Sequence record: SRR2962707_5488
DNA length: 64,000 bases
Reading direction: 5' to 3' (one strand)
The notes beneath the pieces are model-generated. The model saw only the letters and a program-made list of their open reading frames with translations, was not told the origin of the DNA and searched no databases. Of this stretch, positions 20,301 to 28,659 are shown one piece after another (position 1 is the stretch's first letter; every line of letters begins with the position of its first letter). The position numbers were made by a program, and so were the translations under genes.

Positions 20301-23300
20301 GAAATATCGGCGTTGGTCAGCGTCCATGCGCCGCCGCCATTGACAGCGGCGGTGCCCGTGACCGTTGCGCCCGAGCCATCGCGGAAGGTGACGAAGACCT
20401 GCTGGCCGCCGGACGCGGTGCCCGACACAGTGAGCGCGCCGTCGGAGGAAGCGCTGACGATGTTGTCGCCGTAGACCGGATCGGAAATGGTGACGACGGG
20501 GGCGGTCGCATCGACCGTGACGTCGAACTGCTCCGAATAGGTGCTGATGCTGCTCAAGGGTGCGGTCGCACGGGCATGGAAGATGTAGCTTCCATCCGCA
20601 AGTTCCGCGGTGGTGAAGGACCAGTTGCCGGAGCCATCGGCCGTTGTCGTGCCTATCGAAACGGCGCCGCGATAGATCTGGACGGTGGCATCCGCCGCGC
20701 TCGTGCCTTCAAGGGTGAGCGTTGTGTCGTTGGTGCGGAAGTCGCCGGGCGTACCGCTGTCGTCGGAGAAGCCGGTGATGACGGGAGCGGGCGTGGCGGG
20801 AATCGCGATCGTCACATCGAGGCTGTCGCTCATCGGCGAGATGTTGCCTGCGACATCGGCGGCGCGGGCCGTGAAGACATGCTCGCCCTGATTGAGCGTG
20901 CCGGCATCGTAGCTCCAGTCGCCATTTCCGTCGGCGGTCGTCGTGCCGAGGAACGAACCCTGATTGAAGACGCTGATCGTCGCGTTCGCTTCCGACGTGC
21001 CGGTGATCGTGAGTGTCGTGTCGGCGGTGACGCCGTCACCGACGGTGCCGGTGTCGTCCGAGAAGCCGGTGATGACGGGCGCGTCGGGATTTTCGGTGTC
21101 GATGGTGACGGCGAGCGCACCTGTCTCGTCGCTTTCGTTGCCGACATAGTCGCGCGAGGCGGCGGTGAAGCTGTGGTCCCCATCTTCGAGATCGCCGGTG
21201 GCAAAGGTCCATGTACCCGCATTCGGGATGACCGTTCCGATTTCGACGCCGTTGTCGTAGATGACGACGCGGGTCACGCCTGCGGGCGCGGTGCCTGTGA
21301 GCGTGAGGTTTCCATCCGCGGTGATGCCGTCTCCGGCGGCGCCCGTGTCGAGCGAATAGGCGTCGAGCGTGGGCGCATCGGGGGCCGCTGTGTCGATGTT
21401 GATGGCGATCCCGTTCGACATGCCGCTGGTGTTGCCGACGCCGTCCACGGCGCGGGCGTAATAGGTCGCGACGCCGTCCGGTCGCGCGGCGGTCGTTGCC
21501 GTCCAGTTGCCGGAGCCGTCCGCGATGCCGGTGGCGACCACCGTTACACCGACATAGACGTTGACGGTGACGCCTGCTTCGGCCGTGCCGGTGAAGGTCA
21601 GCGTGTTGTCGGCGGTCTGGTTGTCGCCGTCGATGGCGGTGTCGTCGGAGAAATCGAGAATGACCGGCGCGGCGGGGCCTGCGTTGCTGAGCGTCACGGT
21701 TGCGGTCGCCGTGTCGGACTGGTTGCCCGCCTGGTCGACCGAATAGGCCTCGACGGTGATGTCGCCGTTCTGGAGACCGGAGATGTCGGCGCCGAACAGT
21801 GTCCACGCGCCGCCGCCCGTGACGATGGCGTAACCGCCATCGACGGTGGCGCCGCTTTCGTCGCGGAAGGTGACATAGACGCGTTGCGCGCCGAGCGAGG
21901 TACCGGAAACGGAAAGCGAACCGTCTTCCGCCGCGTTGACGATATTGTCTCCCGCAATCGGCGTCGTGATGACGACGTCATGGGCGGTCGTGTCGATGGT
22001 GATGCTGGTGTTCGCGGCGAGGCTGCGGTTACCCGCTTCGTCCAGCGTGCGCACGAAGAAGCTGTGGCTCCCTTCGCCAAGCTCGGCGGTGGTGAAGCTC
22101 CAGTTGCCTGCACCATCGGCCAGGGCGGTGCCAAGAAGGACTGCCCCTTCGCGGATTTCGACCATGGCGTCCGCAGGCGCGGTGCCAGTGAGCGTCAGGG
22201 TGGTGTCGTTGGTGCGCAGGTCGCCCAGCGCGCCGCTATCGTCGGAGAAGCCGGTGATGACGGGTATTTCGGCGGGCCCGACTGTGTCATGCGTCAGGGA
22301 ACCGGTTGCGGTGCCGGACCGGTTGCCTGCCTGATCGACCGCATAGGCTTCAATCGTTACTTCGCCATCGGCAAGGCCGGAAATGTTCACGCTCGAAAGC
22401 GTCCAGTTGCCGCCGACAACGATGGCTTCGCCGGTGACGGTCGCGCCATCTCCGTCCGTGAAGGTCACATAGACGCGCTGGCCGCCCGCCGCCGTGCCGG
22501 AGAGCGAGAGGGTGTTGTCCTCGCTCGCGTTGACGAACCCGTCACCCGAGACAGGCGTCGTGATCGTGATCGAAGGCGGCACGGTATCGACCGAGACGAT
22601 GTAATCATCAGACGTGATGCTTCGGTTGCCAGCGGCGTCGATGGCGACGGCATGGAAATAATGCGAGTTGTCGGCGAGTTCAGCGGTGGTGAAGCTCCAC
22701 GCGCCCGCGCCGTCGGCGGTGACCATGCCGAGCGAGGTGACGCCGCTGAAAATTTCGACCGTTACGCCCGCTGCCGCCGTGCCGGTCAATGTGACCGTGT
22801 TGTCGTTGGTCCGGCCGTCGCCCTGACTGCCGGTGTCGTCGGAGAAGCCGGTGATGACAGGGCTGGCGGGCGCGACGCTATCATGCGTGATGGTGGCATC
22901 GGCGGTGTCCGAGCGGTTGCCCGCCTGGTCTTCCGCGTATACCTCGACGGTGATCGTGCCTTCGTCGAGGCCGGAAATATCGGCGTTCACGGTCCAGTTG
23001 CCGGCGCCATTGACGAACGCCGTACCGCTCGCGGTTGCGCCGCTGCCGTCCGTGAAGGTGATATAGACGCGCTGGCCGCCCGCCGACGTACCGGAGACGG
23101 CGAAAAAGCCGTCTTCCGTCGCATTGACAAATCCGTCGCCGGAGATCGGCGTCGTGATGGAAACCGTGGGTGCGGTGGTGTCGATGCCGAGGTTGAGCGG
23201 CGCGGAAACCGCGCCCTTGTTGCCAGCTGCATCGGTCGCACGCGCCGTCAGGTTGTGATAGCCCTCGCCGAGAACGCCGGTTGTGAAGCTCCAGTCGCCC

Positions 23301-25363
23301 GCGCCATCCACGATGGCGGTGCCGAGCGAGGTCTGCCCGTCGAAAATCTCGACAGTGGTTCCGGCTTCCGCCGTGCCCGTGAGCGTCGGCGTCGTGTCGG
23401 AGGTGAGATTGTCTCCGGCAAAGCCTGTGTTGTCGGTGAAGCCGGTGATGACCGGCGCGGCCGGCAAGCCGCTGTCGAAGGTTATGGATTCGGTGACCGT
23501 GCCGGATTGGTTGCCCGCCCGGTCCACGGCGTATGCTTCGACGGAAATCTCGCCGTTCTGCAGACCGGAAATATCCGTGCCTGAAAGCGTCCAGTCGCCA
23601 AAGCCGTCGACGTAGGCGCTGCCGGTGACGGTTGCGCCAGCTTCATCGCGGAAGGTGACGAAGACCTGCCGGCCTCCTGCCGCCGTGCCGGAGACGGAGA
23701 GCGAGCCGCCTTCAAACGCATTGACGAGATTGTCGCCCGAAACCGGCGTCGTAATCTCGATGGCGGGCGGCGCGGTGTCCACGGTGACGTCGAAGTTTTC
23801 GGAGCGCGCGCCTATGTTGCCGACCGCATCGGTTGCAGTCGCGGTGAACTGATGTGCGCCTTCCGCGAGAACGCCGGTGTCGAAAGTCCAGTCGCCATTG
23901 CCATCGGCTGTCGCCGTGCCAAGCACATAAGGGCCGTCGAAAACGGTTACGGTGACGCCTGCATCCGCCGTGCCCGTCAGCGTGAGCGTCGTGTCCGACG
24001 TGATGCCGTCATCGGCGCTGCCTGTATCGTCGGAAATGCTCGCGATGACGGGAGCTGCCGGGCCCGACGTGTCCACTTCGACGGCCAGGGGCGCGGAGGC
24101 CGCGCCTGTATTTCCGGCGGCGTCCGTCTGCGTTGCCGTGAATTCGTGCGTGCCTTCGCTGAGCTCGACCGTCGTGAAGCTCCATGCACCCGCGCCGTTC
24201 GCGAGCGCGGTGCCGAGTTCCATTGCGCCATCGAAGATGGCGACGGTTGCGTTTGCTTCCGCCGTGCCGGTCAGCGTCAACGTCCTGTCGGAGGTGATGC
24301 CGTCGCCTTGCGTTCCGGTGTCGTCCGAGAAGCCGGTGATGACCGGCGCAGCGGGAGCGTCCGTGTCGATCTCCACGGCGAAGACTTCGGAGGCATCGCC
24401 GGTGTTTCCGGCGGCGTCCGTTGCGGCGGCGGTGAAATCATGGGGGCCGTCGGCGAGCGGGGCCGTGGTGAAGCTCCACGCGCCCGCGCCATTTGCGAGC
24501 GCGGTGCCGAGCTGTGTGGCGCCGTCGAAGATCGTGACGGTGGCGCCTGCTTCCGCCGTGCCCGTCAGGGTGAGCGTGGTGTCCGCAGTGATGCCGTCGC
24601 CCGGCGTTCCCGTATCGTTCGAATAGCCGGTGATTGCCGGCGCGGCGGGCGCGGCGGTGTCGATTGTGACGGTCACCGGGGCGGAGGTTTCACCGGTGCC
24701 ACTTGCATTCGCCGCCGTCGCCGTGAACTGATGCGGACCATTGCCAAGCACGCCCGTCGCGAAGCTCCATGCGCCCGCGCCGTCCGCCTGCGCGGTGCCG
24801 AGTTCGGTTGCGCCGTCGAAGATCGTGACGGTGGCGCCCGCTTCGGCCGTGCCCGACAAGGTGAGCGTCGTGTCGGCGGTGACGCCGTCGCCTTCGACGC
24901 CGGTATCGTCCGACCAGGACGAGATGACGGGTGCCGAGGGGGCCGAAGCCGTCTCGCTATCGTTGGAGCTGTCGAGGGGCGGCGGGAGATTATCGTCATC
25001 GCCCGCCCTGCTGCCCTGTCCGACGAACTCCGGCGTGCCGCCGCTCATGTTCGAGGTGCGGGCCTCCGGCGTGTCGAGCCAGCCGAAGAGGCGGAGGAAG
25101 CCGTCCGGCAGAGGGCCGTCGATGCCATTTTCGACGATTGAGGCCGTCTCGGCGAGGAAGTCCGCGCCGAGGCCTGCAATGCGAATCGTTCCGTCGGGGC
25201 CGCTGAGCACAAGCTCGCCGCCCTCGACGCGCAGATCGTCCACCCCGTCGAGCGAAACGAGCTCCACCGTCATGCCGTCCGGCACGGTGAAATTCGCCCC
25301 CGCCTCTATCGTCACGAGTTCGGATACGCCATCGGGACGGGTCAGTTGCAGGACGATCTTCAT
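14351..25363 (-). CDS. Giant T1SS-secreted Ig-like repeat adhesin (BapA/LapA-like) with two C-type-lectin-like domains
   Basis: 3670 aa, T/G/A/D-rich, about 29 repeats of ~100 aa (APVITGFSDDTG...DAAGN). Two lectin-like domains, GGEGHDTL RTX-like motif and T1SS-type C terminus. No signal peptide; flanked by TolC, ABC and HlyD. Confidence 0.93.
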   Translation of the reverse strand: MKIVLQLTRPDGVSELVTIEAGANFTVPDGMTVELVSLDGVDDLRVEGGELVLSGPDGTIRIAGLGADFLAETASIVENGIDGPLPDGFLRLFGWLDTPEARTSNMSGGTPEFVGQGSRAGDDDNLPPPLDSSNDSETASAPSAPVISSWSDDTGVEGDGVTADTTLTLSGTAEAGATVTIFDGATELGTAQADGAGAWSFATGVLGNGPHQFTATAANASGTGETSAPVTVTIDTAAPAAPAITGYSNDTGTPGDGITADTTLTLTGTAEAGATVTIFDGATQLGTALANGAGAWSFTTAPLADGPHDFTAAATDAAGNTGDASEVFAVEIDTDAPAAPVITGFSDDTGTQGDGITSDRTLTLTGTAEANATVAIFDGAMELGTALANGAGAWSFTTVELSEGTHEFTATQTDAAGNTGAASAPLAVEVDTSGPAAPVIASISDDTGSADDGITSDTTLTLTGTADAGVTVTVFDGPYVLGTATADGNGDWTFDTGVLAEGAHQFTATATDAVGNIGARSENFDVTVDTAPPAIEITTPVSGDNLVNAFEGGSLSVSGTAAGGRQVFVTFRDEAGATVTGSAYVDGFGDWTLSGTDISGLQNGEISVEAYAVDRAGNQSGTVTESITFDSGLPAAPVITGFTDNTGFAGDNLTSDTTPTLTGTAEAGTTVEIFDGQTSLGTAIVDGAGDWSFTTGVLGEGYHNLTARATDAAGNKGAVSAPLNLGIDTTAPTVSITTPISGDGFVNATEDGFFAVSGTSAGGQRVYITFTDGSGATASGTAFVNGAGNWTVNADISGLDEGTITVEVYAEDQAGNRSDTADATITHDSVAPASPVITGFSDDTGSQGDGRTNDNTVTLTGTAAAGVTVEIFSGVTSLGMVTADGAGAWSFTTAELADNSHYFHAVAIDAAGNRSITSDDYIVSVDTVPPSITITTPVSGDGFVNASEDNTLSLSGTAAGGQRVYVTFTDGDGATVTGEAIVVGGNWTLSSVNISGLADGEVTIEAYAVDQAGNRSGTATGSLTHDTVGPAEIPVITGFSDDSGALGDLRTNDTTLTLTGTAPADAMVEIREGAVLLGTALADGAGNWSFTTAELGEGSHSFFVRTLDEAGNRSLAANTSITIDTTAHDVVITTPIAGDNIVNAAEDGSLSVSGTSLGAQRVYVTFRDESGATVDGGYAIVTGGGAWTLFGADISGLQNGDITVEAYSVDQAGNQSDTATATVTLSNAGPAAPVILDFSDDTAIDGDNQTADNTLTFTGTAEAGVTVNVYVGVTVVATGIADGSGNWTATTAARPDGVATYYARAVDGVGNTSGMSNGIAINIDTAAPDAPTLDAYSLDTGAAGDGITADGNLTLTGTAPAGVTRVVIYDNGVEIGTVIPNAGTWTFATGDLEDGDHSFTAASRDYVGNESDETGALAVTIDTENPDAPVITGFSDDTGTVGDGVTADTTLTITGTSEANATISVFNQGSFLGTTTADGNGDWSYDAGTLNQGEHVFTARAADVAGNISPMSDSLDVTIAIPATPAPVITGFSDDSGTPGDFRTNDTTLTLEGTSAADATVQIYRGAVSIGTTTADGSGNWSFTTAELADGSYIFHARATAPLSSISTYSEQFDVTVDATAPVVTISDPVYGDNIVSASSDGALTVSGTASGGQQVFVTFRDGSGATVTGTAAVNGGGAWTLTNADISALDNGTITIEAYATDAAGNQSDTVTHDIVLDNVAPAAPVITGFSDDTGTTANSTSDTTLTFTGTADANATVQLFRGGGIVGTTTADGSGNWTITTGELSEGYASYEARALDAAGNSSAWSNDLYINIDTTPPATPVITAFSNDSGVQGDGLTNDATLTLTGTGAPGSTIVIYDGGVELGTTFVAGGTWSFTTATLTDEEHSFTAAARDGAGNESAETAAFDVTIDATRPDTPAITGYSDDTGNPDFQTSDNTLTFTGTAGAGETVNVYLSSTLVATGIADGNGDWSATTGVIADGFHYFYARAVDAAGNQSIQSGNFVVSIDTVAPAAPVITGLSNDNGAQPDDGISSFNWTYLSGTAADANSVAVYRDGVQVGTAQVSGGNWTLLVSALPQGTHSFTAVARDYVGNESGESNEVEFTVDLTAPPVPVLVSISDDTGTPGDFRTSDTTPTLTGTAEANATVTIRNGSTVLGTATADGSGNWSYTTAELTEGVHSFTVKATDLAGRESSYSGTQIVFIDTMAPDAPVITGFSDDSLPTGDGITSDTTPTLSGTALANSTVEIFENGISLGTVTTDGSGNWSFTTGELAEASYSFTARATDNAGNVSEASAALTLTVASGPPPATATPVITLFSNDTGASGDGTTRDTTLDLYGTAANSATVEIFDGGVSLGTVTADGAGNWHFLTGELGDGGHDFTVVATAPGGYGPSDPSAAFSVTVDTAAPAAPVIVSFSDDTGYSSSDNQTNDNTLTFTGTAVANATINIFRGGGLVATTTANGDGDWSVTTGVIADGYATYEARALDAAGNMSAASNTMTIGIDTVAPAAPVITGFSPDSGTQGDGVTTNNLIAIQGTAQSGTRTVIVYDNGVEIGEATVNGLSWIFYTESLSEGEHEFTVVGVDYAGNEGDESGALAVTIDDTPPPVPVITAVSEDTGISGTDRQTSDTTPTITGTAQAGATVRVFINSVSAGTTVADGNGDWSFTTGTLADGYHNVTARTEDAAGNPSAQTGTMYVVVDTTPPAVTVTTPIAGDNLVNAAEDGYFNVSGTSIGGHTVYVTFTDELGGTVSGTATVKGTSWTLGGANISGLQNGEITVEAYAVDRAGNQSGTVTNTIELDNIGPGAPVITGFTDQTGTSATQTSDTTPTLTGTAGAGETVRIYLGGGQIGTTVADGSGNWTHTTSVLAEGYHYITARAVDDAGNLGASSNTQIVWVDTTAPATPSIDSWGSDTGDIGDGITDDNTITLSGTRPVATLVNVYDNGVLLGTVPMTGTSWSFTTSVLPDGEHSFTVTGLDAAANESAPSAALDITIGEPVVVPMNAEADTLSAVPLGWDHLADNGHVYTQSSTDWGWTNAQSTAANMLPGDSYLVTITSEAENTFLSDRFGHFYIGANDVDTEGTWQWVTGPEAGTTFWIGDTTGAAQNGAYVSWGANQPNGGGEAEDYGVNSYGSWNDVVNYVSGSTPTVAEAGGNGQAYGNIDEDRPYTFTGSILLANDADGASIASVSSTSSMGAVVSYNSGTGEITYDASAAAAVQALGEGETANDTFSYTLADGSTAEVAIEVQGLAETTAAEDYLYLGPFISNSAYDTDTGHFYFRDGYNMTFEEAVANGENISFANYEFPEGVTPYLATITSQAENDVVDGVGGSGSYRYRYIGASDADNDGVWQWIGGPEAGQTFWNGGSGGSAPGGAYENWASGEPTTEAGENYAYIDFTGTWYSAQADDAALISAVYEIGGNGVQFGRYTEDDIITFDESWLTANDGPGASLASVEGTSKLGATVSYDAGTGEITYSAQDSQTLGTMNSGATGTDSFLYTLEDGRTGRMNIEVQGITGFSAAPGTAGDDNFNFFMENMSSVVDSVIGGEGHDTLTLSAINSHKYLYLQNSGVNALQSVEEINLSSNFTHVRLEAKDILAMSDDIVGLPGDEMTRLTISGVTGSDVRTDDAGWTFEGSEVDGGATYNIFANGTAQLYVHEDVGVAGTLPAVA
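16380..24945 (-). repeat. Array of ~29 diverged ~300-bp Ig-domain coding repeats of two classes
   Basis: Hand count: 23 repeats of the PVI..SDDTG class and 6 of the ITTP(I/V)xGD..VNA class. Confidence 0.8.
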
Positions 25364-25446
25364 TACTCAGTACTCCACTTGAAGCTTTGCGACTGCCAGG
25401 CGAAGGCCAAACGGCAGACCGAAGTGGGGGGCGCGGCAGAAACGGG

Positions 25447-26772
25447 TCAGTTACCTCCACCCGCGGCGAGGGAAGCGAGTTCGCCCATGGCGGCGACGAC
25501 GCCATAAGCGGAACGCAGTTTTGCGAAGCGCGCTTCGAGTTCGGCGCGGCTGGCCGCGCGCTCCTCGTTCAGCACGAAGAAGAGATCCAGCAGATCGCGC
25601 TGGCCGCCGACGAACTGGGCGTCGTAGACGCGAACGAGTTCGCTTGCCGCCACTTCCCGGCGCATGAGGACGGCGTGCGTGTCCTTGCTGGAGCGATAGT
25701 TTTCGAGCGCTTCGAGAACGCCGAGCCGCACTTCGCGGGCGACATCGTGGATGCGGATGGCGGCGGCCTGTTCGCGGTAATTCGCGGCGCTGACATCGTA
25801 GAAATCGCGGCCGCCGGTGGCGAAACGGTAGGTCAAGCGCAGGCCGACATAGTAGTCGTCGTCGGGGCCGGAAACGCCTTCGATGTTGCGGCCGTTGCGC
25901 GCCTTGACCTCGGCATCGAGCTGCGGAAAGAGATCGGCGCGGGCGGCATCGCGCGTGCCGTCGGCGGCGGCGGCGCGGGCACGGGCGGCGGCGAGCGCGG
26001 GGTGCGCGGCGGTCGCTTCGGCGATGGCGGCGTCTGCCGTCAGGGTGACGACGTCGAGCGGCTCCACCGGCTGTTCGAGGCCTTGCGGCTCATCGCCGAT
26101 CAGTTCGCGGTAGCGGGTTTCGGCGAGCGCCAGCTCACGCTCGGCATTGAGAACGAGATAGCGCGCCTCTTCCGTCTGGCTGCTGCCGACGACGGTGAGC
26201 GAGCGGAGGCCGGGATCTGCTTCGGCGCGGCGCCCGATGCGCGAGGAGATGCTGCGGGCGCGCTCCTCGTGGCTCTTCAGGAGGGCAAGACGCTCGCGCA
26301 GCTCCATCACGCCGAGATAGGCATAGGCGGCGTCGAGTGCGACATCGTTGAGCGTCGCCCTCGCAGTGAGCTCTTCGGCTTGCGCATCCGCCGAGGCGGC
26401 GGAGACGCGGGCAGGCGTACCGAGCCCGTCGAAAATCGGCTGGGTGAGCGTCAGCGAGTATTCTTCCGCCGTCATCGTCCGCTCGTAGGTCGGACGGTCA
26501 GTCTTTTCGCGGCGCACGGAGCCGTCGAGCGAGATGGTCGGGAAATAGCCGGAGCGGGCGGCGCCGATTTCGCGCTCCGCGGCCTCGGCCTCGAACTGCG
26601 CTGCCTGGGCACCCGGATGATCGCGCATGGCGCGCGCCATGGCGTCCTCGATGGTGAGTGCGGCGGCCCCGGAAACCGGCCCCAGCGCGGCGGCGAAAAC
26701 GGCCGCAAACCCCAAGCCGGAAATGGCCCGTCCGCCCTGCGTGTTCATGCAGGCGCGCTTCCGCATTTTCAT
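25447..26772 (-). CDS. TolC-family outer-membrane channel of the T1SS
   Basis: Signal peptide; ARSGYFPTISL, LTLTQPIFDG, FPQLDA, QFVGGQRDLLDL. First gene of the cassette. Confidence 0.92.
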   Translation of the reverse strand: MKMRKRACMNTQGGRAISGLGFAAVFAAALGPVSGAAALTIEDAMARAMRDHPGAQAAQFEAEAAEREIGAARSGYFPTISLDGSVRREKTDRPTYERTMTAEEYSLTLTQPIFDGLGTPARVSAASADAQAEELTARATLNDVALDAAYAYLGVMELRERLALLKSHEERARSISSRIGRRAEADPGLRSLTVVGSSQTEEARYLVLNAERELALAETRYRELIGDEPQGLEQPVEPLDVVTLTADAAIAEATAAHPALAAARARAAAADGTRDAARADLFPQLDAEVKARNGRNIEGVSGPDDDYYVGLRLTYRFATGGRDFYDVSAANYREQAAAIRIHDVAREVRLGVLEALENYRSSKDTHAVLMRREVAASELVRVYDAQFVGGQRDLLDLFFVLNEERAASRAELEARFAKLRSAYGVVAAMGELASLAAGGGN

Positions 26773-26809
26773 CTGGCAATCCCCCTCGGCCCGATCTCGT
26801 GTACCCGGG

Positions 26810-26960
26810 GTGTATCCAAATGAGAATCATCCAAAAACACAACGATTTTTACTTAAAATACTTAATATAACAGTGTAAATTCATGGTACTTATACAAATT
26901 GACTCGCGTTGAGCATTATATTTACTTTGTGAATACTAACTATTTTCCATGGTGATATAA
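26810..26960. promoter_or_regulatory. Strongly AT-rich divergent promoter region (tolC operon / lysR)
   Basis: AT-rich tract in a GC-rich background; includes dyad ATTTTA-CT-TAAAAT at 26846-26859. Confidence 0.6.
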
Positions 26961-27077
26961 CGGTCTTTCCGGTCCATATTGCCGGGCGGAACCGCCGGAG
27001 CTGCGAGCCCTTTTCATGGAATAGAACCCGGATAAAATGCCCCTCCCCGGCGTCATAAAAAGAAAAGGCGGAGCCGC

Positions 27078-28007
27078 GTGAATATCCGCGAACTGGACCT
27101 GAACCTGCTGTTGATCTTCAACGCGATCTATACAGAGCGCAGCATCAGCAAGGCCGCCAGAAAGCTCGGCGTGTCGCAGCCGGCGGTGAGCAACGCGCTG
27201 AGGCGGTTGCGTCATTTCACCGGCGACACGCTGTTCTACAAGGCCGGACAGGGCGTGGCGCCGACGCGCGCCGCGATGACGCTCGCCATTCCGATCAGTC
27301 ATGCGCTCGACACCGTGGAGCGCGGCCTCTCATCGGTGCGCAGCTTCGATCCGGCGACGTCGCAGCGCACATTTCGTATCGGCGTGAACGATCTCATTCA
27401 CAATGCGCTCGTTCCGACGCTGGTCGGCCTTGCACGGCGCGAGGCGCCGAACATCGTGCTCGAATTCGTGCTGCAAGCGGGCGACCGGGCGGTCGACGCG
27501 CTGAAAGGCGGCGAAATCGATCTGGCGTTGCTGCCCGGCTTCGCGCTGACCGACGATCTGGTTTCAACCAAAGTGTGGGACGAAGTTTTCACCATCATCG
27601 TCGCCCGCAATCACCCGCTGGCCAAGGTCAACCGCCTGACGATGGAAGACCTGCAGGGCCTGCTCTATGTCATGACCACGCATGTGCCGCGGCTGCGCAG
27701 TTTCATCGACGATGTTTTCCGTGCGCAGGGCATCGAGCGGACGATCGCCTGCGCGGTGGCGGACACGCAGAATCTCTATCCGCTCGTCTCGGTGTCCGAT
27801 CTCGCGGCCGTTGTCGGGCGCAATTTCGCGGACCAGTACAATGTGGATGGCAGCCTCGCCATGCTCGATCCGCCGTTTGACCTGCCGCGCGTCGAGGTGC
27901 ATGTCGCGTGGAAGCAGGATGCCGACGGCGACGAAGGCCACAAATGGGTGCGCGATCACGTCATCGAAATTCTGGCGAGTATCTTCAAACTGCACGCGCC
28001 CGCCTGA
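27078..28007 (+). CDS. LysR-family transcriptional regulator (NodD/NahR-like)
   Basis: LDLNLLLIFNAIYTERSISKAARKLGVSQPAVSNALRRLR HTH, FDPATSQRTFRIG and GHKWVRD. GTG start after GGAG. Confidence 0.93.
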   Translation: MNIRELDLNLLLIFNAIYTERSISKAARKLGVSQPAVSNALRRLRHFTGDTLFYKAGQGVAPTRAAMTLAIPISHALDTVERGLSSVRSFDPATSQRTFRIGVNDLIHNALVPTLVGLARREAPNIVLEFVLQAGDRAVDALKGGEIDLALLPGFALTDDLVSTKVWDEVFTIIVARNHPLAKVNRLTMEDLQGLLYVMTTHVPRLRSFIDDVFRAQGIERTIACAVADTQNLYPLVSVSDLAAVVGRNFADQYNVDGSLAMLDPPFDLPRVEVHVAWKQDADGDEGHKWVRDHVIEILASIFKLHAPA

Positions 28008-28077
28008 GGGGCGCGCGGGGCGCTCTCCAGAGCTGCCGGTTATCTCCCGGCGGTCAGGGGGTGGTGAGGAGGAGGAT

Positions 28078-28275
28078 TGGTGGTGTGCATAGTCACTACC
28101 TCAACCGCCTTCGCCAAATTTCCCTGCTAACAGGGAAAATACAGGGAATTTCTTTTATTTCGGCGTCATCGGCAGTTTCGAACCTTCGAAAAGCGACTGA
28201 GTTCTGCGCTTTCGGCGTGAATTTCCCCGCTCCTGGAAACAGGGAAATCTTGCTGACGGAACAGGGGATCAGATC
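28078..28275. mobile_element. ACAGGGAA-repeat non-coding element, probable island/integrative-element end
   Basis: Dyad TTTCCCTG-CTAA-CAGGGAAA at 28119-28138; further ACAGGG(A/G)A copies at 28141, 28239 and 28261. Coincides with the drop in GC and adjoins IS scars. Confidence 0.55.
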
Positions 28276-28454
28276 GGCAAAACGAGAGACTTAGAGCGTC
28301 AACCTTGCGCGGAAACTGAGCTCCAGAATCCCGACGGCGCGTCGCCTTAATAGGATAATTCTAAACGCCCGTCTCGCCTGAAACATGTTCGCAGCATTTC
28401 GATGGGACGATCTCGCCCAAGGCCGATTCCGATTCGCGGACATTGCGGCAGCAC

Positions 28455-28655
28455 GTGCAATTGCGAAACACGTCTCCTAAGAGAAGGATTAAGGCGAAGC
28501 TGCGGGAGGGGCGCCCTGCCGCACAAGAGCCCAACCAGGTCTGGGCAATGGACTTCGTCCAAGACCAGCTCTCTGATGGGAAGAAGATCCGTGTGCTCAC
28601 GGTTGTCGACACCTTCACGCGGTTCTCGCCGGCGATCGATGTGTGCTTTAGCCAC
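28455..28655 (+). pseudogene. IS3-family transposase (OrfB, rve core) fragment
   Basis: QLRNTSPKRRIKAKLRE...PNQVWAMDFVQDQLSDGKKIRVLTVVDTFTRFSPAID, truncated on both sides. Confidence 0.85.
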
Positions 28656-28659
28656 AAAG

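Noticed and set aside
19700..23584. 1294-aa + strand ORF and other long ORFs opposite the adhesin
   Set aside because: Antisense shadows of a GC-rich, codon-biased gene; Arg/Gly-rich with no motifs.
16380..24945. CRISPR array or exact tandem DNA repeat
   Set aside because: The repeats are ~300-bp diverged in-frame coding units with no repeat-spacer structure, and there are no cas genes.
14351..25363. RTX toxin or MARTX
   Set aside because: Only about one RTX-like nonapeptide, no pore-forming or effector domain, and no acyltransferase gene.
26853..26865. CtrA site
   Set aside because: The TTAA half-sites are 5 bp apart, not the canonical 7.
28070..28120. tRNA or tRNA fragment at the island edge
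   Set aside because: Begins TGGTGG like a reversed tRNA 3' end, but I could not build a T-loop or cloverleaf; tRNAscan-SE or ARAGORN would settle it.
27908..28294. 128-aa ORF over the repeat element
   Set aside because: Overlaps the lysR end and merely translates the non-coding repeats.
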